The notes beneath the pieces were generated by a model. The model searched no databases and was not told the origin of the DNA. It saw only the letters and a program-made list of their open reading frames with translations. Positions 57,876 to 64,000 of a stretch of DNA of 64,000 bases are shown piece by piece (the stretch's first letter is position 1; every line of letters starts with the position of its first letter). Made by a program: the position numbers and the translations under genes. Origin of the DNA: Gemmatimonadota bacterium (GTDB lineage: Bacteria; Gemmatimonadota; Gemmatimonadetes; Gemmatimonadales; GWC2-71-9); the NCBI GenBank assembly GCA_039586365.1, contig JBDHKN010000008.1, positions 1 to 64,000 on the forward strand, in the 5' to 3' direction.

Positions 57876-60117
57876 TCGGTCCTGCAGCCAGATTCCTGTT
57901 CAGATACTCCGTCAACAGTGTGTATACGTGCAATGTCGTCCCGCGTCCCTCGTAGATCCCGTGCGACCGATTGGGATATGCCATCATCGTGAACTGTTTC
58001 CCGTTGGCAATCAGTTCATCGATCAGTCTTTCCGTGCCTTGATAGTGCACGTTGTCGTCGCCGGTGCCGTGGACGACGAGCAGGTTACCTTCGAGCTGAC
58101 CGGCGTAGGTGATCGGAGAGGCCGCGCGGTAGTCCGCTTCGTTCTGCTGTGGCAGCCCCATGTAGCGCTCCTGATAGATGGTGTCGTACAGATGGACATC
58201 CGGCACAGGGGCAACCGACATCCCCGTATGGTACAGGTCGGGACGGCGGAATAGCATGTTTAGGGTCATCGAGCCACCGCCGCTCCATCCCCAAATGCCA
58301 ACTCTGTCGCTATCGATGTATGGCCGCGTGCTGATCTCCCGCAGGGCCGCGGCCTGGTCCGCGGAGGCGTGGACTCCGATCTTACGATAGATGCCCTTGC
58401 GCCATGCGCGACCGCGGGGCGACCGCGTGCCGCGGTTGTCGATGCTCGCCACGATGTAACCCTGCTGTGTCAGCATCAGGTGCCAGAGATAGCGGCTGCC
58501 ACCCCAGCGATCGGCAACCGTCTGGCCAGCTGGCTCTCCATACACGTAGAAGAAGATCGGGTATCTCTTGGATGGATCGAAGTCCGGTGGGAACATCATC
58601 CATCCGTCCAGTGGCGTTCCCTCTCCGTTGTCCACGCGGAAGAACTCGACTTCACCGCGATTCAACCCGGCAACGCTCCGCCGCACAGCGGCGTTCTCGA
58701 CCAGAGTGCGGGCAACCTCGTGGCCGGGCAGCCGCACCAGGTCTGTCATGCCCGGGATGTCGAACCGCGAGAAGCTGTGGATTGCCCAACCGCCTCCAGG
58801 AGCAGTCTGGTATGTGTGCGTGCCAGGCTGATCGACCGGTGTGAGGCGTTCCGGGCTGCCCGACCCGTCGAGGCGTGTGCGGAACAGGTACCGTTGCGTG
58901 GGATCGTCGGGCGACGCCATGTAGTACAGCCAGCCTCCATCCGCATCGATGTCTTGTACGCTCACAACGTCGTACTCGCCCGAGGTTACGGGCTTCAGCT
59001 CGCCGCTCGAGCGTGAGACGCGATACACATGCCGCCAGCCATCCCGCTCGCTTACCCAGGTGAACTCCGTACCACCCTCGAGCCAGTGCAGATCATCGAC
59101 CACTTCCACCCAGGCTTCGTCCGTTTCGGTGAGCACGGTTCGCACTCGGCCAGAAGCCACATCGGCCAATAGCAGCTCGTTGGTGTTCTGGAGTCGATTC
59201 ATGAACTGGATGAGTACTTCGTCGGAACTCGCCGCCCACTCCATGCGAGGGATGTAACTGTCTGCCGGATCACCGCGGACATCCATCCATGTGGTCTCCC
59301 CGCCGGCGGCGCTCACGACACCGATACGCACGGCGGCGTTCAGCTCTCCGGCCTTGGGGTACGGGAATGTGACGATCTTGGGATAGAGGGAGTCGGTGTA
59401 GTTGATCAGCGTGAACCAGTTGACCGTCTTCGTGTCGAACTGCCAATACGCGATTCTGTCACCGTTGGGGCTCCACACGAAGCAGTCGCGCAGCCCGAAC
59501 TCCTCTTCGTAGACCCAGTCCGACGTGCCGTTTACGATGGTCTCTGAACCGTCAGTCGTCAGTGCGGTGATACCCCCAGTGCCGAGGTCCTCGACGTAGA
59601 TGTTGTTGCCCTGAACGTAGCCAACGCGCTCGCCATCCGGTGAGAACTTGGCGAACATCAGGCTCGCTTCGTCCGCGTGGCCGCCGAGTTGCTGCAGCAT
59701 CCAACTGTCCAGGTCGAGCACCCAGTAGTCGCCTCGCGTGTTGCTGCGCCAGACACGCCGAGTGTTGGTGAAGATGAGTAGCTTGGAGCCGTCAGCGGAC
59801 CAGCGGTAGTCATCGATCACGAGCGGTGTGTCTTCTCCGCGCGGGACCAGTCGGTCCGCCGGGACCATTACGGTGGGCTGTCCCGTGCTCGCGTCATACC
59901 GCACAATGTCAGTCCCGCGACCGGAGCGAGAGCGCTCCAGAGTAGTATATGACCTGCCGTCCTCGAGCCAGCGCGCTGGGCCGAAGCGGGAACTGAAGAA
60001 CTCGGGCGATGCGAAGACCCTCTCCAGGGAGACCTGGGATGAATCCCCTACCTGGGCCGTGATCGACAATGGGGCCGTAAGGAGTGCGATACCGACGAAC
60101 AAGCGAATGGACTTCAC
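57871..60117 (-). CDS. Dipeptidyl peptidase IV (S9B), exported
   Basis: DWVYEEE, YPKAG, GWSGGG, DDNVH, HG. CAGGAG RBS before GTG 60117. Confidence 0.92.
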   Translation of the reverse strand: MKSIRLFVGIALLTAPLSITAQVGDSSQVSLERVFASPEFFSSRFGPARWLEDGRSYTTLERSRSGRGTDIVRYDASTGQPTVMVPADRLVPRGEDTPLVIDDYRWSADGSKLLIFTNTRRVWRSNTRGDYWVLDLDSWMLQQLGGHADEASLMFAKFSPDGERVGYVQGNNIYVEDLGTGGITALTTDGSETIVNGTSDWVYEEEFGLRDCFVWSPNGDRIAYWQFDTKTVNWFTLINYTDSLYPKIVTFPYPKAGELNAAVRIGVVSAAGGETTWMDVRGDPADSYIPRMEWAASSDEVLIQFMNRLQNTNELLLADVASGRVRTVLTETDEAWVEVVDDLHWLEGGTEFTWVSERDGWRHVYRVSRSSGELKPVTSGEYDVVSVQDIDADGGWLYYMASPDDPTQRYLFRTRLDGSGSPERLTPVDQPGTHTYQTAPGGGWAIHSFSRFDIPGMTDLVRLPGHEVARTLVENAAVRRSVAGLNRGEVEFFRVDNGEGTPLDGWMMFPPDFDPSKRYPIFFYVYGEPAGQTVADRWGGSRYLWHLMLTQQGYIVASIDNRGTRSPRGRAWRKGIYRKIGVHASADQAAALREISTRPYIDSDRVGIWGWSGGGSMTLNMLFRRPDLYHTGMSVAPVPDVHLYDTIYQERYMGLPQQNEADYRAASPITYAGQLEGNLLVVHGTGDDNVHYQGTERLIDELIANGKQFTMMAYPNRSHGIYEGRGTTLHVYTLLTEYLNRNLAAGPR

Positions 60118-60167
60118 GTACGTCTCCTGGTTGATGGTGTGCAAACAAGGCGGGTGTGGACTACCCA

Positions 60168-62534
60168 CTAATAGGACACGTGTTCAGTGCGGGATATGAT
60201 CTCGTCCTGGAGCGCCTTGCTGAGGTCACAGAAATAGTCGCTGTACCCGGCCACACGGACGATCAGATCACGGTACTTGTCGGGATTCTCCTGGGCGGCC
60301 CGTAGGGTCGCGGCATCCACCACGTTGAACTGTATGTGGTGGCCGTCCATGCGGAAGTACGACCGCACCAAGTTGACGAATTTGTTGGTTCCTTCGTCCG
60401 TGGTCAGCAAACCGGGTGTGAGCTTCTGGTTGAGCAGTGTCCCCCCGGTACGCGCGTGGTCCATCTTGGCTACAGAGCGGAGCACCGCTGTCGGCCCGTG
60501 ACGGTCTGCTCCCTGTACCGGCGACACTCCTTCGGAGAGAGGCTCCCAAGCTTTCCTGCTGTCGGGCAACGCACCCACAACCGAGCCGAAGTAGATGTGC
60601 ACTGTAGTGGGTAACAGGTTGATGTGGTATTTGCCGCCCTTGGTGTTCGGTCTACCGTCGACCGCCTCGAAGTAAGCCTCGAACAACTCCCTCATCACGT
60701 CGTCGGCGTAGTCGTCGTCGTTGCCGAACTTGGGAGTGCGATCCCGTAGTGTCAGATGCAGCTTGTCATGGCCTGCGAAGTCATCGCGCAGCGCTTGTAG
60801 CATCTCAGCCATGCTGGTGGTACGTTGATCGAACACGTTGTACTTGAGTGCAGTGAATGCATCGGTAAGCGTGCCGAGCCCGACACCCTGGATGTACGAG
60901 GTGTTGTAACGGGCACCACCGTCGTGGTAATCCTTGCCGGTCTCGATGCAATCGTCTATCAGTAGTGACAGAAACGGAGTGGGAATGTGTGTGGCCCAGA
61001 GCCGCTCGATGACGTTGTTACCCCTGACCTTGACGTCAATGAGATGACGCAACTGGGTTTTGTATGCGGCCATGAGGTCATCGAACGTGCCAAATGCACC
61101 GGGGTCTCCGGTGTCCAACCCAACCTGCTTGCCGGTCTTGGGGTCTCGCCCTCTGTACAGGGTCAACTCCAACACCTTGGGCATGTTGAAGTAACCGGTG
61201 AGGTTGTAGTTCTCCTTGCCGAAGGCACCCACCTCCACACAACCGCTAGAGCCACCGGCCCGCGCGTCTTCGACGGTCTTCCCCTGACGCACCAGTTCCT
61301 GCACGATCACGTCGACATTGAATATCGACGGCTGGCCGAATCCGGTGTCGATGATCTTGGATGCCCGTTTCAGGAACCGATCTGGGTTCTTTTTGCTGAG
61401 CTGCACGGACGAACTCGGCTGCAACAGACGCATCTCCTCTATGACGTCGAGCACTAAGAAGGTCGTCTCACTCACCGCATCCGTGCCGTCCTGCTTCACA
61501 CCTCCGGTGTTGATCTGCGCGAAGTCAGTGTATGTACCACTCTCCGCAGCGGTGACCCCCACCTTGGGAGGGGCAGGGTGGTTGTTGAACTTGATCCAGA
61601 AACACTGCAGTAACTCTCGGGCGAACTCCTCGGTCAGCGAACCGTTGGCCGTGCCTTGGCTGTAGAACCCATCGAGATGCTGGTCCAGGTGCCCGGGGTT
61701 GAAAGAATCCCAGGTGTTCAGCTCCGTTACGACGCCGATGTGAACAAACCAGTAGTACTGCAGGGCTTCCCAGAAATCACGAGGAGGGCGAGCCGGGACG
61801 TGGCCACAGATCTCTGCGATCCGCTCCAGCTCGGTTCGCCGTGCCGGATCGGACTCCAGCTCGGCCAAGCGTTTGGCCTCACGGGCATACCGAGCGGCAA
61901 ACGCGATCAGCGCGTCTGCTGTGATGCTCATGGCCTTGAGCTGTTGCTGCTTGTCGTAGCTGCGGGGGTCGTTCAGGTCGTCGATCTTTTCGAGGCTCCG
62001 AGCAATGTCGTTTTTGAAGTCGAGAAATCCCTTGCAATAAATCTTGTCGTCTAGCACGGTGTGTCCCGGAGCACGTTGCTCCATGAACTCGGTAAACACG
62101 CCTGCCTCATACGCGGCCTTCCACTCGTCCGTCATCTCGGCGAAGAGCATGTCTCGCATCGTCTTCCCACTCCAGAACGGGATCAGGCGATCGCGGAACG
62201 CCTCCCTCACTGCTTCACTCACCTTGAAGGGGATCTTCTCGCGCGTGTCGAGAATGTCCAGGTCCTCCAGGCTGTGACAGCATATCTCTGGGAATGTGGG
62301 TGTCGCTTTGGGTTGCGGCCCACGTTCGCCCACTATCAGCTCGCCATCGCCGATCCAGACTTTCTTGTGATCGAGCAAATATCGGAAGGCTAGGGCTCGC
62401 GTCACCGGAGCGGAGTAGGCGGTGTTCAAGGTCGTGTAGAATTCCGTGATCAGCTCACCGCGCTCCGCGGAGAGGGTGGCTGGTGCGTCGAGGCTTTCCT
62501 GCCTCAGTCGTTTTACTCGTTCACTGATTGGCAT
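60168..62534 (-). CDS. hypD: Glycyl radical enzyme, trans-4-hydroxy-L-proline dehydratase type
   Basis: EQRAPGHTV, WDSFNPG, ESGTYTDF, SGCVE, LTGYFN, LPTTVH, Gly-radical loop VRVAGYS. Confidence 0.88.
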   Translation of the reverse strand: MPISERVKRLRQESLDAPATLSAERGELITEFYTTLNTAYSAPVTRALAFRYLLDHKKVWIGDGELIVGERGPQPKATPTFPEICCHSLEDLDILDTREKIPFKVSEAVREAFRDRLIPFWSGKTMRDMLFAEMTDEWKAAYEAGVFTEFMEQRAPGHTVLDDKIYCKGFLDFKNDIARSLEKIDDLNDPRSYDKQQQLKAMSITADALIAFAARYAREAKRLAELESDPARRTELERIAEICGHVPARPPRDFWEALQYYWFVHIGVVTELNTWDSFNPGHLDQHLDGFYSQGTANGSLTEEFARELLQCFWIKFNNHPAPPKVGVTAAESGTYTDFAQINTGGVKQDGTDAVSETTFLVLDVIEEMRLLQPSSSVQLSKKNPDRFLKRASKIIDTGFGQPSIFNVDVIVQELVRQGKTVEDARAGGSSGCVEVGAFGKENYNLTGYFNMPKVLELTLYRGRDPKTGKQVGLDTGDPGAFGTFDDLMAAYKTQLRHLIDVKVRGNNVIERLWATHIPTPFLSLLIDDCIETGKDYHDGGARYNTSYIQGVGLGTLTDAFTALKYNVFDQRTTSMAEMLQALRDDFAGHDKLHLTLRDRTPKFGNDDDYADDVMRELFEAYFEAVDGRPNTKGGKYHINLLPTTVHIYFGSVVGALPDSRKAWEPLSEGVSPVQGADRHGPTAVLRSVAKMDHARTGGTLLNQKLTPGLLTTDEGTNKFVNLVRSYFRMDGHHIQFNVVDAATLRAAQENPDKYRDLIVRVAGYSDYFCDLSKALQDEIISRTEHVSY

Positions 62535-63450
62535 ATGCTTCACCCTTTACGGAGACATCGAGTCCGAAGCCGACCAATGCCTGGGCTGCGGCAGCCACCT
62601 TGTCTTCAGACGGGGGGTCGGTGTCTCCCATGCGATATATCCGGCCGAGTCGGGAGTACTTGTCGCGACCGATCCTGTGGTAAGGCAGGATATCCACTGG
62701 ATAACTGACAGGCAGCGAAGCAAGCAGCTGCCCGAGCTGTTCGATGTTGTCACCGTCGTCGTTTACACCCGACAGCAGCGGGAATCGAATGATCACCGCT
62801 GCATCGAGTTGAGCGAGCAGACGTAAGTTCTCGATGACGGGTCCGTTGGACATGCCCGCAAATGACCAATGCCTGCCTTCGTCGATGAGCTTCAAGTCGT
62901 ACAGAAAGAGATCCACCAGCGGCTGAACGGTCTCGACCAGGTGATTGGGAAAGTGCCCAGAAGTGTCGACTGCGGTCGAGATGCTGCTCTTCTCACATTC
63001 GCCCAGCAGTATCTGGAGGAACTCCGGTTGCGACAGCGGTTCGCCTCCCGAGAATGTCACGCCTCCGCCCGACTCGTCGTAGTACAATACGTCCTTCTCA
63101 ATCTCCTTCATGACCTCCGCGACGGTCACCTCTCGGCCTGCCATCTCCAGCGCGCCCGGAAGGCAGACCTCAGCACAGGAGCCGCACGAGTCACACTTCT
63201 CCCTGGCCAGTACCAATTCGCCGCCATCCAGAGAGATGGCGCCGAGCCGGCAGATCTCGAGGCAGTCCCGGCAGAGGTTGCACCGCTCCGAGCGCACGAA
63301 GAGGTCCGGCTTGGCGAGCTGACCCTCGGGGTTGTGACAGGCCCAGCAACTCAGAGGGCAGCCTTTCAGGAACACCGTCGTACGCACTCCGGGGCCATCG
63401 TGAATGGCGAAGCGCTTGATGTCGAAGATGGTCCCGGTCGTCATTGCCAC
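62521..63450 (-). CDS. Glycyl-radical activating enzyme (radical SAM with ferredoxin insert)
   Basis: HDGPGVRT, GCPLSCWACHNPE, two CxxCxxCxxxC motifs, GGVTFSGGEP, LPYH. Overlaps the hypD start. Confidence 0.95.
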   Translation of the reverse strand: MAMTTGTIFDIKRFAIHDGPGVRTTVFLKGCPLSCWACHNPEGQLAKPDLFVRSERCNLCRDCLEICRLGAISLDGGELVLAREKCDSCGSCAEVCLPGALEMAGREVTVAEVMKEIEKDVLYYDESGGGVTFSGGEPLSQPEFLQILLGECEKSSISTAVDTSGHFPNHLVETVQPLVDLFLYDLKLIDEGRHWSFAGMSNGPVIENLRLLAQLDAAVIIRFPLLSGVNDDGDNIEQLGQLLASLPVSYPVDILPYHRIGRDKYSRLGRIYRMGDTDPPSEDKVAAAAQALVGFGLDVSVKGEAYANQ

Positions 63451-63529
63451 CCTTCTCTGAGCGGTCGATTCGATTGAAGGTCAAAGTTACACAGCTCTGG
63501 GAGGACGCATAAGCACCCCGATCCTGGCT

Positions 63530-64000
63530 CTAATCCAGCAAATGCCTCACGTTCCGGAAGACCGAATACCACCTCTCTCGGGTCAATCGGCCTGTGTTGG
63601 TGTTCTGACGGCTGGGGTGGTACGACGACACGAGCGCCATTCCATCGGGCAGAGTCGCTGTCGCACCGTGAGAGAACTCCGGGCGGTCGCGCGGGGTGAG
63701 CATGTCCCACCACCCAGCTGCTTTGAGCCACCATTGATGGGCCAGTTGTCCCAGGACCAAGGTGGCTCTGACTTCGCTAAGCAGTTCCAACTCGGCGATG
63801 AGGAACCGCTGACAGGCCCGAAACTCACCCGGTGTCGGCTTGTTGCCGGGCGGAGCACAACGGGCGGCGGCGGTGATGTAGCAATCGGAAAGCTCGAGCC
63901 CGTCGTCTTGCGACACGGACTGTGGTTGCTGGGCGAAACCGAACCGATGTAACGCCTCGTAGAGCCAATCACCGCTCGAGTCGCCCGTGAACATCCGGCC
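63530..64000 (-). CDS. Uracil-DNA glycosylase family 5 (UdgB), 5' end outside window
   Basis: GRMFTGDSSGDWL, RCAPPGNKP, SYHPSRQNT. Confidence 0.9.
   Translation of the reverse strand, partial: GRMFTGDSSGDWLYEALHRFGFAQQPQSVSQDDGLELSDCYITAAARCAPPGNKPTPGEFRACQRFLIAELELLSEVRATLVLGQLAHQWWLKAAGWWDMLTPRDRPEFSHGATATLPDGMALVSSYHPSRQNTNTGRLTRERWYSVFRNVRHLLD

Noticed and set aside
63474..63484. FNR-like site upstream of the glycyl radical operon (TTGA-N3-TCAA)
   Set aside because: Spacing and sequence do not match TTGAT-N4-ATCAA, and it is too short to support.

Overview
A GC-rich, gene-dense bacterial chromosomal segment. Gene content suggests Gemmatimonadota, but this is an inference. I saw no tRNA, rRNA, CRISPR array or intact mobile element. 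Main blocks: (1) housekeeping genes gcvH, coaE, tdk and HU, next to a degenerate, frameshifted DEAD-box/DbpA pseudo-helicase; (2) a DmpA peptidase and an aminotransferase homolog lacking the PLP lysine; (3) a ~9.2 kb translationally coupled operon, nurA-herA-[two paralogous exported proteins]-sbcD/mre11-sbcC/rad50-GNAT, which resembles the archaeal DNA end-resection operon with unexplained inserts; (4) an unannotated 6S-like RNA with its own sigma70 promoter and terminator, upstream of folE; (5) stand-alone GAF, V4R and TPR genes and a lipoprotein that apparently starts at CTG; (6) about ten peptidases (four S9, M24B, M28, M16, two M23, P1); (7) ybbP-ybbA/tesA and a GldA/GldFG/DUF4340 ABC module; (8) a histone H1-like gene followed by a ~160-nt folded RNA element; (9) a membrane protein-wHTH-uppS operon with a palindromic operator; (10) an activase-hypD glycyl radical pair directly followed by a DPP-IV peptidase. 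All calls come from reading motifs by eye, with no database searches.
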